This document shows positions 29,054 through 39,961 of a stretch of DNA of 64,000 nucleotides, piece by piece. How positions within the stretch are numbered: the first letter of the stretch is position 1; each line of letters begins with the position of its first letter. Location: NCBI GenBank assembly GCA_963740315.1, contig CAVUDP010000002.1, positions 2,208,001 through 2,272,000 on the forward strand. Direction: 5' to 3'. The notes beneath the pieces were generated by a model. The model was not told where the DNA came from. It worked only from the letters and a program-made list of their open reading frames with translations, and searched no databases. The DNA is from an uncultured cyanobacterium (lineage in GTDB: Bacteria > Cyanobacteriota > Cyanobacteriia > Cyanobacteriales > Nostocaceae). A program made the position numbers and the translations under genes.

Positions 29054-29563
29054 AATAGTAACAATCAAGTAACAATCATGCGAACTACTTCACACTTTTG
29101 CAACGAGGGATGTAGGTGTCTCACCCCCTAATTTAGATCCTAAATAATCATCATTCAAAACAACTAAGTCTATAGTTACTTGCACTCCACGCTAGTTGTG
29201 GTAACTTGAAAGAAGTAGATAAAAATTAATCGCAGAAATATAGAGTTTCCTTGAAGGTTGGTGTTATAAATCATCTGCCTTCAACGGTTCGGAAAACTTC
29301 TACATACTTGGAATGTAGGAGAGAATTTTAGCACCAAATAATACCATTTTAAATTTTTGACAATTTAACTGGTTTTATTTAAAAGTCCACCTGTCATAAA
29401 ATTTAATCAAAAAGGTATAAATTTAAATTTCAAAAATCCGTTAGCAACATATATGTATTGCTAATGATTGAAAAACAACCCTGCGTGCTAAAAACTTCAA
29501 TCAGCGCCTCATAAAGGTGCAGGCATATTTATTTGGGTAGCATTCACATATCAGGAAGTATCT

Positions 29564-30004
29564 ATGAACCATCTACTTTATGAAAAATCAGTATCCTATA
29601 AAGGATATCTCATCATACCATTTGTTTTCGCAAAAGCAGATAATCACGAAATTTATTCGTATAAATTGATATCGGGAATTGGAGCCAAAAGCCAGTATCA
29701 TAAAGCCGAAAATCCCGCAAAAATCTACGGCAGTAGCGTTGAGAATATCATAAATATTGCCAAAGAACACATAGACCACCATTCAGATTTAGTTAGCGGT
29801 GATGATATGTTTAAACATCGCTACGTGTTCCGCAACAACTTAATTATCGTTTCCCAAGAAGCTGGTAAATATTATTACGACCATTACTTACCAGATTCAT
29901 TAAACAACATCGCCGCACCAAAATTATTTAAATCAGAATACGAATGTTGGTGTTGGGTAAAGCAGGGAATTGATTCCTTAAATGTCGGACACAAAGTTAG
30001 GTGA
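29564..30004 (+). CDS. Hypothetical protein
   Basis: 146 aa ATG ORF preceded by AGGAAG, with an ordinary globular composition. Confidence 0.75.
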   Translation: MNHLLYEKSVSYKGYLIIPFVFAKADNHEIYSYKLISGIGAKSQYHKAENPAKIYGSSVENIINIAKEHIDHHSDLVSGDDMFKHRYVFRNNLIIVSQEAGKYYYDHYLPDSLNNIAAPKLFKSEYECWCWVKQGIDSLNVGHKVR

Positions 30005-30008
30005 AAAT

Positions 30009-30195
30009 AGGGAGTAGGGATTAGGGATTAGGGAGTTAGTTGTTAGTTGTTAGTTGTTAGTTGTTAGTTGTTAGGAGTTAAGGGTTTTCTCCCCCATCTC
30101 CCCATCTCCCCCATCTCCCCCTCTCCCCATCTCCCCCATCTCCCCCTCTCCCCATCTCCCCATCTCCCCCTCTCCCCATCTCCCCATCTCCCCCT
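30009..30195. repeat. STRR cluster (GGGATTA, AGTTGTT, CCCCATCT units)
   Basis: Tandem units directly visible between convergent genes. Confidence 0.95.
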
Positions 30196-30198
30196 CGA

Positions 30199-31688
30199 TT
30201 AGGGTAGCCAGAAATCGGGAACAATGGATTTAGTAATTCCGCGCACGGTATTATTAATATTTCTGGCGATTTGTATGTGCGCTTCGTCTGCTTCTACGGG
30301 TAAAATATTGGCGATCGCACCTTTTTCTAAATAAGAAACTACTAAATTTGCAGCTTCTAAACCTGTAACGAAAGCCTTTTCTTGGACCAAGATCCGTGAC
30401 GAGACTTAATCCAATCGCCGCTCATAAATACGTTATTAAAAGTTGTCTTTGCTGGCAACATATATCGATAGCTACCGGGTGAAAAGTGCGTTACAGCTTG
30501 CGTTAAACGAATGACGCTGCTATCGATGACTTTTGCACGGGCGAATTCCGGTACGCAGCTAGTTAAATACTTTTGTACGATGGGAATAATTTCTTCATCG
30601 CTCAAAGGAATAAATTGATTGGCGTGGTAAAAATCAACTTCTACAACTGTTCCCGGCTCGTCTTTATATTCATCGTGAATCGCGTTTAAATCAAAAAATG
30701 TCCACCCGGTAGTTTCATCAAAGCCAAAACAAGCGTTAGAAGGAAGAGGAATATTGATTTTGCGATCGAACCATAAACGAGTTGCTAACACGTCAATTGC
30801 ACCTAAATTTGTTAAATTGCGAAATTCTTCACGATTTTGTAAGCTTTCGCTGTTAGAAACAATCTTTTTCATGCCGCCGATCCCAACACTAAAAACTACG
30901 GCATCGGCATCAAAAACTTCATCGCCGCAAACTACACTTTTTACTCGATCGCCATCAGTAATTAAATCGGTAACTCGCTTATTTGCAAGTATTTTCCCTC
31001 CAGCTTTTTCAATTTTTTCTACCCAAGGACGGAAGATTTTTTCGCCAACGGTACCACGACACCAAACCACATCAAAATCCGGTTGATGCGCCAAGATAAA
31101 ATAGTAAAGCATTCCCAAAGTTGCCGCAGCCGAACATTGTTCTCCCGGTGCAAATAAACCCACCAACAACATCGGTTCAAAAGATTCGCGGTAAAGTCTT
31201 GCAGAAACCCCAAACTGTTTGAACAATTCCCGCGCCGTCACACTATCGTAGCGTCGCCAAGCAGCATCGGAATTATCAAAATCTACTAAAGCGTAGAGTA
31301 AAGGTAAAGCGCTGAGTCTATCAACTAACGGCAACCTTTTAAACTGAGTGTAAATAAAAGTTCCTAAAGGCGTGGGAAGTCTGGGTAAATCTTGAAAAAT
31401 TGGTGATTCAACTTCCAAACCTGCGGGAGAATATTGAGATGAACGAGTCCAAGTTGTGAAAGGATTAATGTTTAGCTCATTTATCAACGCAAAAATATTT
31501 CTATAAGGATACCAAAACCCGTGAATCCCCGCTTCAACAGATTTACCTTTTTCAGTTTTCCAACCTGCAACCAAACCCCCAGGATAGGAACCAGCTTCCA
31601 AAAGCGTTACATCATAACCTTGTTTTGCTAAATGGTGAGTTGCACCCAAACCAGCCCAACCCGCGCCTACTACTACTACTTTTTTCAT
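30199..31688 (-). pseudogene. FAD-dependent oxidoreductase (amine oxidase / carotenoid desaturase-like) with a 1-bp deletion near the 3' end
   Basis: VVVVGAGWAGL and EAGIHGFW motifs; TGGTCCAAGAAAAGGCT needs one more C to read HGSWSQEKAFVTGLEAAN and join the 30199-30390 ORF. Confidence 0.85.
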
Positions 31689-32048
31689 ATTTAATTATCA
31701 AGGATCGCTCGTCAATTATCATATAAAAAGGTTAAAGGTTAAAGGTCTGCATATCAAAGGTATTAAATCACCTCGCAAAAAATGGAACTAACAGATTTTT
31801 ATTAAAAATATCAAATCCTTACTAGGCAAGGGTTTTAAAATGTGTTATTTAGGAGTGAAGACATTACCTCTTGCCAGGTGTAATTTATTGCAAGATACTG
31901 CTTATTAGATTTATATAAAAGCTTCAATATTTTATAGTTGTTTTGAAACCCCGATTATAATAATTATGATGCGGTATTTTTGGTTTGCTAACCTTTACCA
32001 AATATGACTTCTAGCTTTATGTTAAATGCTGATAATTAGCCATATATA

Positions 32049-33398
32049 ATGATAAAATTAGCAATATTATTAGAAAGATTCAAAGAAAAGCAAAAAATCT
32101 TAGTCACAAGTATAATTATAATAGCTGCGATCGCTATCTTTCTATTTTTATTACCAAAGCTATATCAAGTTGACTGGATTGGCTTTGGAACGGTTTCAGA
32201 TGTTTTAATCAGTGACGAAGAAGCAATAAATTTTAAAACTGGAAATATCGTCACGCTTCATAAGGAAACCGAACATATAAAAGCGGCAAAAAAGCTTTGG
32301 GATTGGCTAGAGTTGCTAGGAATTCCGGTTTTATTAGTTATTTTAGGTACTCAATTCCAAATTAACGAAAAGAAGCTAGCAGAAGAAAAAGCTAAAACTG
32401 AAAAAGAAAGAGCCGAGAAGCAAGCCAAAGCTGAGAAACAAAGAATTGACGAACAAGTTAAAGCGGAAAAAGAAAGAGTTGACGAACAAGTTAAAGCTGA
32501 AAAACAAAAAACATCTAATATTTTAAACGAAGAAGCTTTGCAGGCTTATATCGATCGGATGTCAGAATTATTGCTTGATAAAAACTTAAAATCTTTATCT
32601 CCTAAAGATCCTTTACGAGAAGCAGCATTAGATGTTGCACGTGCTAGAACTTTGTCAGTATTGCGAAGATTAGATATAGACGGAGAAAGAAAAGGAAGCA
32701 TTATTCGGTTTTTAATTGATGCGGAATTTATAAATGAATTGCAGTTAGATTTGAGTTATGCCAAGCTCATTGGTGCTGACTTGAGTGGAGCTAACTTGAG
32801 CGGGGCTAATTTTTATGGAGCTAACTTCCACGGAGTCAAGTTAAATGGAGCCAAGCTGAGTGGTGCAAAACTGAGTGGAGCTAACTTCTACGGTGCAAAG
32901 CTGAGTGGAGCTAACTTCTACGGTGCAGATTTGAGTGGTGCAAAGTTGAGTGGAGCCAAGCTGAGTGGGGCTAACTTTTACGGTGCCGATTTGAGTCGTG
33001 CCTATCTTAGTGGTGCCAACTTGAATGGAGCTAACTTCTACAGCGCTAATCTCAGTAGTGCTAATCTTAGTAGTGCTAATTTGTGTTTCGCTAACCTTAG
33101 TGGTGCTAACCTGTGTTTTGCCAACCTCTTGGGTGCATACCTTAGTAGTGCCAAACTGATTGGAGCAAACTTGAGTGGAGCAAATTTTTTCAGTGCTAAT
33201 CTTAGCGACGCAAAGCTTAGTGGTGCCAACTTTAGTAATACTAAACTTAATAATGCCGATCTGTGCGGTGCCAACTTAGTAGAAGCTAAAAACTTAACTA
33301 TAGAACAAATCAAACAAGCTAAAAACTGGGAAAAAGCGATATATACTCCTGAGTTTTGCGATCGCCTTTTTTTAGCAGAAAATATAACTAATGAATAG
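32049..33398 (+). CDS. Membrane-anchored pentapeptide repeat protein
   Basis: Two TM segments (one at WDWLELLGIP), a charged coiled coil, ARARTL, then about 35 A(N/K/D)(L/F)xx repeats. Confidence 0.92.
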   Translation: MIKLAILLERFKEKQKILVTSIIIIAAIAIFLFLLPKLYQVDWIGFGTVSDVLISDEEAINFKTGNIVTLHKETEHIKAAKKLWDWLELLGIPVLLVILGTQFQINEKKLAEEKAKTEKERAEKQAKAEKQRIDEQVKAEKERVDEQVKAEKQKTSNILNEEALQAYIDRMSELLLDKNLKSLSPKDPLREAALDVARARTLSVLRRLDIDGERKGSIIRFLIDAEFINELQLDLSYAKLIGADLSGANLSGANFYGANFHGVKLNGAKLSGAKLSGANFYGAKLSGANFYGADLSGAKLSGAKLSGANFYGADLSRAYLSGANLNGANFYSANLSSANLSSANLCFANLSGANLCFANLLGAYLSSAKLIGANLSGANFFSANLSDAKLSGANFSNTKLNNADLCGANLVEAKNLTIEQIKQAKNWEKAIYTPEFCDRLFLAENITNE

Positions 33399-33413
33399 GG
33401 AGTAGGGAATTAA

Positions 33414-33565
33414 GAGGATGTTTAATAAGTATCGTTTTTAACCCAATTATCGGATTATCCCCCCTTCCCCCCTTAAAAAAGGGGGGTTAAAGTCCCCCTT
33501 GCCAAGGGGGATTTAGGGGGATCTAGAAGTTTGCGAGTTTTATTTATGACTTTTAAAACATCCTC
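33414..33565. mobile_element. 152-bp MITE with GAGGATGTTT ends and TAA target duplication
   Basis: TAA|GAGGATGTTT...AAACATCCTC|TAA; internal CCCCCTTAAAAAAGGGGGG and CCCCTTGCCAAGGGG hairpins. Confidence 0.85.
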
Positions 33566-33623
33566 TAAGGCAGCTATTTTAAATTAATTTAATATCCCCT
33601 GCTTCCCAATTCCCAATTCCTCA

Positions 33624-34196
33624 TCAAACATCTAATTCAATTTGATATCCCAATCTTTTAACAAGAGAAATCTTATAAACATCACCTTGATTCATCTCTC
33701 CTGGTTCTTTCATTTGGGTTAAAGCAGTAACTACTTCGTCTGAATTTGCAGTTAGGATTACCACAGGTTTATCGCAAGCTATAGGGAAATCATGCCAAGT
33801 ACCAAGATATAATAAAAGCCCATGCCCAGCAGGAAAACGTAGTGCTTTTACTTGCGATAAATCGGGTAAATCTTGGTTATTTTGATGAGTTGGTGGTGAC
33901 AGTACCATAATAAAAGGTGATTGTCCTAAACCGATAAACATTTGCGTCATGTACATATGACGTTCCAACCAAGTTATTGTTGGATATCCCGGCATTATTT
34001 TCGCGGTTCTAAAAGTTGCATCACCACGATAGGTAAAGTCTATATTTTCACCTTCTAATACTCTTCCTTGATAAAAAGGTATTCCCAATCCCGGTTTACT
34101 GACATCATCGCCTAATAGATATCCGTAAGGTTTAATATTTTCTGCGTCGGCATCAATTACCGGAATTGTTAAAGTTTTAGTTTGAGAAGTAGTCAT
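33624..34196 (-). CDS. Ureidoglycolate lyase-like cupin (AllA family)
   Basis: KPYG, LERH..TQMF and GTWH motifs. Confidence 0.8.
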   Translation of the reverse strand: MTTSQTKTLTIPVIDADAENIKPYGYLLGDDVSKPGLGIPFYQGRVLEGENIDFTYRGDATFRTAKIMPGYPTITWLERHMYMTQMFIGLGQSPFIMVLSPPTHQNNQDLPDLSQVKALRFPAGHGLLLYLGTWHDFPIACDKPVVILTANSDEVVTALTQMKEPGEMNQGDVYKISLVKRLGYQIELDV

Positions 34197-34387
34197 AGTG
34201 ATTTTGGATTTTAGATTGAAAATTACATGGTTTTTTTACAGCGAGGGAGCAAGATGCGGACAATACGAATCAATTACCAATGTTATCTCGTTTACGATTG
34301 TATCCAAATGATAACAAACCGCAGAGAGCGCAAAGAAAGAGAAACAAAAAGAGAAATAATAACTGGTAACTGGTAACTGGTAACTGC

Positions 34388-35242
34388 TCACTGCTCACTG
34401 CTCACTGATTCATATATCTCTTCCCCGGTGGTTATCCAGGTATAGGGTTGATTTTTAATATTCATTAAACATTCTTTCAAGTATTTTAAACGCAAAGGCT
34501 GTCCGACTATAAAAGGATGTAAACCAATTGCCATCACACGCGATCGCGATTCTCCCTCTTGCCATAATTGATAAAATTGATCTTCGATAGCTTTAGCGAA
34601 TTCTGCACCGGAAAAACGGTTGCTCAAACACAAAGTAATATCGTTAGCTTCTATAGTATAAGGTATAGCTAATAAACGACCATTTTGAAGCGGATACCAA
34701 TAAGGGCGATCGTCATTTACCCAATCGGCAGTATAAGCAATTCCGGCTGAATGTAATAATTCAAATGTTGATTCTGTAATCGAAAATCCTGGTGTTAACC
34801 AACCTTTTGGGGTTTTACCCGTAGCTTGCTTGAGTAAAGTTAAAGTTTTATTTATTGTATCTGTTTCTGCTTCTCTATCCATGCCACTATGACCAGTGGA
34901 ATTATTAATACCATGTGCCATTATTTCCCAATTATGTTGCTGCATGACTTCCATAATTTCTGGGTACAGCGTGCAAATCTCGCCGTTTACTGCTGCTGTG
35001 ACAGGAATTTCTAATTCGGCAAATAATTCAAATAAACGCCAAATACCAACTCTATTTCCATAATCTCGCCAGCCGTAGTTGGCAATCTCTGGATAACTAT
35101 TTAAATGAGGTTGAATTGCTGTTCCTATTTTACCAAAGGTGAAATGTTCGACGTTCATTACTATCCATACGGCAACTCTAGCATCATTAGGTAATTTAAA
35201 ATTTGGACGTTGGGAAATTGGTTGAAAAGATGGAGGAAGCAT
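34388..35242 (-). CDS. Polysaccharide deacetylase family protein, PuuE allantoinase-like
   Basis: LPNDARVAVW, DYGNRVGIWR, WEIMAHG, PKGWL, DDRPYW, IPYTIEAND and IGLHPFIVGQP motifs. Confidence 0.85.
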   Translation of the reverse strand: MLPPSFQPISQRPNFKLPNDARVAVWIVMNVEHFTFGKIGTAIQPHLNSYPEIANYGWRDYGNRVGIWRLFELFAELEIPVTAAVNGEICTLYPEIMEVMQQHNWEIMAHGINNSTGHSGMDREAETDTINKTLTLLKQATGKTPKGWLTPGFSITESTFELLHSAGIAYTADWVNDDRPYWYPLQNGRLLAIPYTIEANDITLCLSNRFSGAEFAKAIEDQFYQLWQEGESRSRVMAIGLHPFIVGQPLRLKYLKECLMNIKNQPYTWITTGEEIYESVSSEQ

Positions 35243-35438
35243 AAATCAGTTATTAGTTAACGGTGAGCAGTTAGGAGTTAAAACAAAATAAAATTATATA
35301 AAAGTATTTGATGATACTCAAGTTAATTATTGTTATATTTTCAACTTATAGTGAAATGAAGGAATAAAATGCAGGGCAATTCTACTTAATTAAATATGGT
35401 GAAAAGACTTTGTAATTGCAAAGCCTTTTTACTTTATG

Positions 35439-35552
35439 TAGCGGTTTTCAGTTAGATGCAATACAGATGAATCTCACCCCGTTCTACGGACACCCTTCTC
35501 CTTATTAAGGAGAGGGGAAGAAGGTGAGGTTTCGAGTGTATTAAACTCACTA
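35439..35552. repeat. Degenerate MITE-like element containing a CCTTCTCCTTATTAAGGAGAGGGG hairpin
   Basis: Left end TAGCGGTTTTCA..GCAATACA resembles the 6901 family; palindromic core AATCTCACC...GGTGAGGTT. Confidence 0.55.
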
Positions 35553-35760
35553 TATAATTTATAACTCTCAAAATGCAATTGCCAGAGCATTACAGCGACG
35601 AGGATTGAATGAAGAATATGAAATTAAAGTCGAAATTATTGGTAAATATTATTTGGCGAAGAAAGAAAAAAATTGAGAGACAAGGAGACAAGGATAAAAA
35701 GGGGAAATTAATGAGTGGCAGTGTTCGCATTTTGCTTTCTAGTTTGATTACCAATTACTG

Positions 35761-36813
35761 TCAATTTATCACTCCATTAGTATGGGTACCCACATTCTCC
35801 TTCACATAAATATCTCGAATTGGGAATGGAATTGAAATACCTTCAAGGTTGTAACGTTTGTGCAGTTTTTTGATAAATAAATGTTTGCCAATCCGTTGTT
35901 CAAAATATTCACCGACTCGCATATAAAGCGTAAAATCTATACTAAAATCATTAAAAGTATGGAATCTTATGTAAGGTTCGTTTTCTATTAAATCTGGGGC
36001 AATTTCTAGCATCACTTCTTTAGCAACTTCTACCGTCACTCTTTCAACCTGTTCCAAATCGCTATCGTAACTAACACCTACATTCATCGTTAATGTAAGT
36101 TGCTTTGCGGGTAAATAATAGTTAGTAAAATTCGCAGCAGCCAATTTTGAATTAGGAACAATAATCGTATTTTTAGAAAGTTCTTCTATTGTGATATTTC
36201 GCCAAGTGATATCAGTAATATAACCTTCCTCTTTGCTGTCTAATTTTATGTAGTCTCCCGTTTTAACTTGTTTAGAAAGAACTAGATAAAAACCAGAAAA
36301 TAAGTTAGCTAAAGTATCTTGAAGAGCTAAACCAACAGCTAAACCAGTAATACCTAAAGTTGTAATAATCGGTGTAATTTCAATTCCTATCGTTTGGAAT
36401 ATTATTAACGCTCCTAAAACCAAGACAACAGTTTTGACAATATTAGAAATAAGCGATACAGAAACACCTTCGGTTCGCTGCATAAATAAATTGACAAAAC
36501 CAGCTGCAAGACGAGCTAAAACTAATGTTACGGTAAACAGGAAAATCGCAATGACAATTTTTTGCAGGGCGGTATTAACATCATCTTTAAGCGAATAACT
36601 TAAAATAGCCCCAAAGAAACCAGCAAGCACAAACCAAGTAAAAGGGATACGCCGCAAAGAGCCAAAGATAATGTCGCTACCCGGTATACGCTTTCGATCG
36701 GCAACATTCTTTAATCTACTAAAGACAATTTTTTCCGCGATTATTCCAGCTATTAAGCCAACTAGTACAAATAGAAGAGGTTTTATAAGTGGTTCAATCC
36801 ATTCAATCATCAT
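35761..36813 (-). CDS. Small-conductance mechanosensitive channel (MscS family)
   Basis: GLAVGLALQDTLANLFSG, GDYI, IVPNS, GVSYDSDL and ISIPFP motifs. Confidence 0.95.
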   Translation of the reverse strand: MMIEWIEPLIKPLLFVLVGLIAGIIAEKIVFSRLKNVADRKRIPGSDIIFGSLRRIPFTWFVLAGFFGAILSYSLKDDVNTALQKIVIAIFLFTVTLVLARLAAGFVNLFMQRTEGVSVSLISNIVKTVVLVLGALIIFQTIGIEITPIITTLGITGLAVGLALQDTLANLFSGFYLVLSKQVKTGDYIKLDSKEEGYITDITWRNITIEELSKNTIIVPNSKLAAANFTNYYLPAKQLTLTMNVGVSYDSDLEQVERVTVEVAKEVMLEIAPDLIENEPYIRFHTFNDFSIDFTLYMRVGEYFEQRIGKHLFIKKLHKRYNLEGISIPFPIRDIYVKENVGTHTNGVIN

Positions 36814-37024
36814 GATAATCTTGGATTCTATATTTTGGAATAGATTATCACGATGTAATCAGGTCAAATATTTAGTTTCTTAACTATTAATTTGGGCATT
36901 GGGCATCGGGCATTAGATAAAAATTCAACTTCCTATCTTTTAACTTCTAATTCTTAAATACCGATCTAAAATTTTCTAACTCTTAACTCCTAACTCCTAA
37001 CTCCTAACTCCTAACTTTTCATCT

Positions 37025-37942
37025 ATGTCTTTACCAATCATCTACCATCCAGACTACGTTACTCCATTACCCGACGCGCATCGTTTCCCAATGGCGAAAT
37101 TTCGCTTACTTTACGAATTACTTTTATCCGATGGAGTCGCAGATTTACAGCAATTCCATACCCCCCAACGCCCAAATCAAAAAACTATCGAATTAGTTCA
37201 TACACCGGATTTTGTAGAAGGTTATTTAAAAGGAACCCTCGACGCTAAAGCACAAAGACGAATCGGTTTACCTTGGAGTCCGCAATTAGTAAATCGTACT
37301 TGTACGGCGGTAGGTGGTACAATTTTGGCGGCGAAACTGGCTTTAAGTAAAGGTTTGGCTTGCAATACTGCTGGAGGTACCCACCATGCTTTCCCCAGTT
37401 ACGGCTCCGGTTTTTGTATATTTAATGATTTTGCGATCGCAGCTCGCCTCATCCAAAAACTCAACCTGGCACAAAAAATTCTCATCGTCGATTTAGACGT
37501 GCATCAAGGTGACGGTACCGCTTTTATATTTCAAAACGACGACAGCGTTTTCACTTTCTCGATGCATTGCGAAGTCAACTTTCCCGGTAAAAAACAAAAA
37601 AGCGATTTAGATGTACCTCTTCCCGAAGGCATGGAAGATGATGCATATTTGCAAACCTTAGCAAAATACTTACCGGATTTACTCGTAGACTTAAAACCAG
37701 ATTTAGTATTATATGATGCCGGTGTTGACCCGCACATCGGCGACAAATTGGGCAAACTTGCTTTAACAGATACGGGAATTTATCGACGAGAAATGCAGGT
37801 TTTGAGTACTTGCGTAGGGGCTGGTTATCCTGTAGCTTGCGTTATCGGTGGCGGTTATGCGGATGATATGAAATCTTTAGTGTGGCGGCATTCTTTATTA
37901 CATCGGGCGGCGAGTGAGGTTTATCGGCAGTTTGGATTGTAA
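37025..37942 (+). CDS. Histone deacetylase family Zn-dependent deacylase
   Basis: HRFPM, GGTHHA, GFCIFND, DLDVHQGDGT and GGGY motifs. Confidence 0.95.
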   Translation: MSLPIIYHPDYVTPLPDAHRFPMAKFRLLYELLLSDGVADLQQFHTPQRPNQKTIELVHTPDFVEGYLKGTLDAKAQRRIGLPWSPQLVNRTCTAVGGTILAAKLALSKGLACNTAGGTHHAFPSYGSGFCIFNDFAIAARLIQKLNLAQKILIVDLDVHQGDGTAFIFQNDDSVFTFSMHCEVNFPGKKQKSDLDVPLPEGMEDDAYLQTLAKYLPDLLVDLKPDLVLYDAGVDPHIGDKLGKLALTDTGIYRREMQVLSTCVGAGYPVACVIGGGYADDMKSLVWRHSLLHRAASEVYRQFGL

Positions 37943-38017
37943 TTTCATCAAAAATTACCAGTTAATAATGTAGAGACGCGATATATCGCGTCTCTAAATT
38001 TGATAGTACAAAAAACA

Positions 38018-38069
38018 GGTTTGTAGTAAGGACTTTAGTCCTGATTGGGCTAAAGCCCTTACTACGAAC
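38018..38069. repeat. REP-like hairpin of the GGTTYGTAGTAAGG family
   Basis: GTTTGTAGTAAGGACTTTAGTCC-TGATT-GGGCTAAAGCCCTTACTACGAAC, abutting the stop codon of the HNH gene. Confidence 0.85.
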
Positions 38070-38711
38070 TTAATAAAACTGCCGCATCACATAATCAATC
38101 GTCGCCCAAAAGGGAGCATAACTTTCTGTTTCGTCTCTCTGTAAATAACCTTCAGCTAGCTTCTCGATCTCCTTCTCTGACAAGCCTTGAGTCGCTTGCA
38201 TCACACCATCAACTACTTTGCGACGCATTTTTTTCAACTTATTAATATCTAGCGCCAGCATTCTAATTGTAGTTTCTGCTGCTTGCTGATGTTCGGGATC
38301 TTCTGTCGGTAAAATCTCCCCCGCACCTGTGTATCTAAAGTAGCTGCTGCAATTGGGATCTAATGGCGAAATCATCAATTCTTCGTCAAACCAACCGCCT
38401 TTTTTATGTCCGCAATGTACGGGTTTGGTTGGTCTTTGTTCGTCTTCTCCTTGACAGGAAGAGATTAAATTACTGTAAGTAAATGTTAAATCTGTATACT
38501 TACTTTTTGGTCGATAGTGTTCGATATGACATCTTTTTCTACTAATATGAATACCGCAGTAACAACAGATGTAACCTTGTTCGTAAAGTATCGATTGGTA
38601 GACATCGTTTTTTACATTCCGATTGAAGGATTTCCATTTGGTTGTCTTACCAACTTTCTTATTATAAGCAGTTAAGCTTTTTGGCTCGGAACCTTTTTGA
38701 ATATGTTTCAT
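38070..38711 (-). CDS. HNH endonuclease, PtuB / retron-effector type
   Basis: EQGYICCYCG, HIEHYRPK, YSNLISSC, HCGHKK and ISPL motifs; 4-bp ATGA overlap with the ATPase gene. Confidence 0.88.
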   Translation of the reverse strand: MKHIQKGSEPKSLTAYNKKVGKTTKWKSFNRNVKNDVYQSILYEQGYICCYCGIHISRKRCHIEHYRPKSKYTDLTFTYSNLISSCQGEDEQRPTKPVHCGHKKGGWFDEELMISPLDPNCSSYFRYTGAGEILPTEDPEHQQAAETTIRMLALDINKLKKMRRKVVDGVMQATQGLSEKEIEKLAEGYLQRDETESYAPFWATIDYVMRQFY

Positions 38712-39961
38712 TTGTTGAGAATTTCCTTACGTCGAATTAATACATCCGCTCGCACAAATTCCGGCTCGTCGTCGCCAATTTTTTCTACTAATTCTTGACG
38801 TAATTCCTTAGCAGCCTCTAAATTTCCGTCGTCTATAAATCTGAATAGTTGTTGCAAACTATCTTTGATTTTTTGAGGTCTTTCGGGTACTTCCATTAAG
38901 TCTTCTAAGATGCTATTACTGTCTCTTCCATAGGAACCTTCGGGACTCATTACAAAAAGTCCTTCGTCACTTCTTTCTAAAATAAACACCCCTTCCGGAT
39001 GAACGTGACTAATTACTTGTGGTGAGTGAGTGGTGATAATAAACTGACAATTAGGAAACGTTTTTTTCAAGGCTGGAATAATATCTCTTTGCCATCTAGG
39101 ATGTAAGTGCAATTCAATTTCATCGATTAAAACTATGCCTTCACCTAACAACGGATCGTCAAGCCCAGGATTTGCGATCGCCAATCTTCTGGCTAAGTCT
39201 CCTACCATTGCCAGCAAGCATTTTTCTCCATCGGATAGCTGATTAACATTTAGTTCTCTATCCTGTTTTTTTACGGTCATTCTTAATGGCGATCGACGTA
39301 TTCTTAGATTAGATAAACCTGTAATTAAAGAATAAATAGCCTGTCTGACTGCTTCTAATTGATGGTTAACAAAATTAGAATCATCAAGTCTTTGTTCGTT
39401 TTCCAAATCTTCCAATTTTCTAAACCATTGGAAGAAGCTATTAAAATTTATTTGTACGCTGTCTAAGGATTCCTCGTAAGCACTTACGCGATCGTTAGAA
39501 TTCTTTTTTCTACCTCTCAAAGGAATCTCAAGTACGGCACGATTTACGCCATAATGAACGATAACAGGTAAATTAAACTCAGAATCATTCTTTAAACTTT
39601 CGTGGGTTTCTTCAATGAAGTTGCGTAACTCGCTTAGATCGCTACCAGCGGTTTTACTCCGCTTTTTTCTTTGCTTAGAAAGACACCAAGTTACCTCACA
39701 TGACGCAGTTGAAACTGTAATTTCATTACTAGTCTCTTCACTTCCAGTAGAAATATCCGCTTCCTGAAACAATCTTCCTGAAGTTGTGGGATATTGAACT
39801 GGTTTTGTATAACGAGATAAAAGAATGGCAATACATTCGAGAATACTGGATTTACCGACTCCGTTAATACCAATAATTACATTCGGTTCCTTTTCCTGGA
39901 ATTCCAGCTTCATATCGCCGATTCCACGAAAAGAATTCATCTCAATACGCTTAATTTTCAT
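38708..39961 (-). CDS. ABC/AAA ATPase, PtuA-like
   Basis: Walker A GINGVGKS, LSDGEK signature, VLIDEIELHLHPRWQ, and QFIITTHSP. Confidence 0.9.
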   Translation of the reverse strand: MKIKRIEMNSFRGIGDMKLEFQEKEPNVIIGINGVGKSSILECIAILLSRYTKPVQYPTTSGRLFQEADISTGSEETSNEITVSTASCEVTWCLSKQRKKRSKTAGSDLSELRNFIEETHESLKNDSEFNLPVIVHYGVNRAVLEIPLRGRKKNSNDRVSAYEESLDSVQINFNSFFQWFRKLEDLENEQRLDDSNFVNHQLEAVRQAIYSLITGLSNLRIRRSPLRMTVKKQDRELNVNQLSDGEKCLLAMVGDLARRLAIANPGLDDPLLGEGIVLIDEIELHLHPRWQRDIIPALKKTFPNCQFIITTHSPQVISHVHPEGVFILERSDEGLFVMSPEGSYGRDSNSILEDLMEVPERPQKIKDSLQQLFRFIDDGNLEAAKELRQELVEKIGDDEPEFVRADVLIRRKEILNK

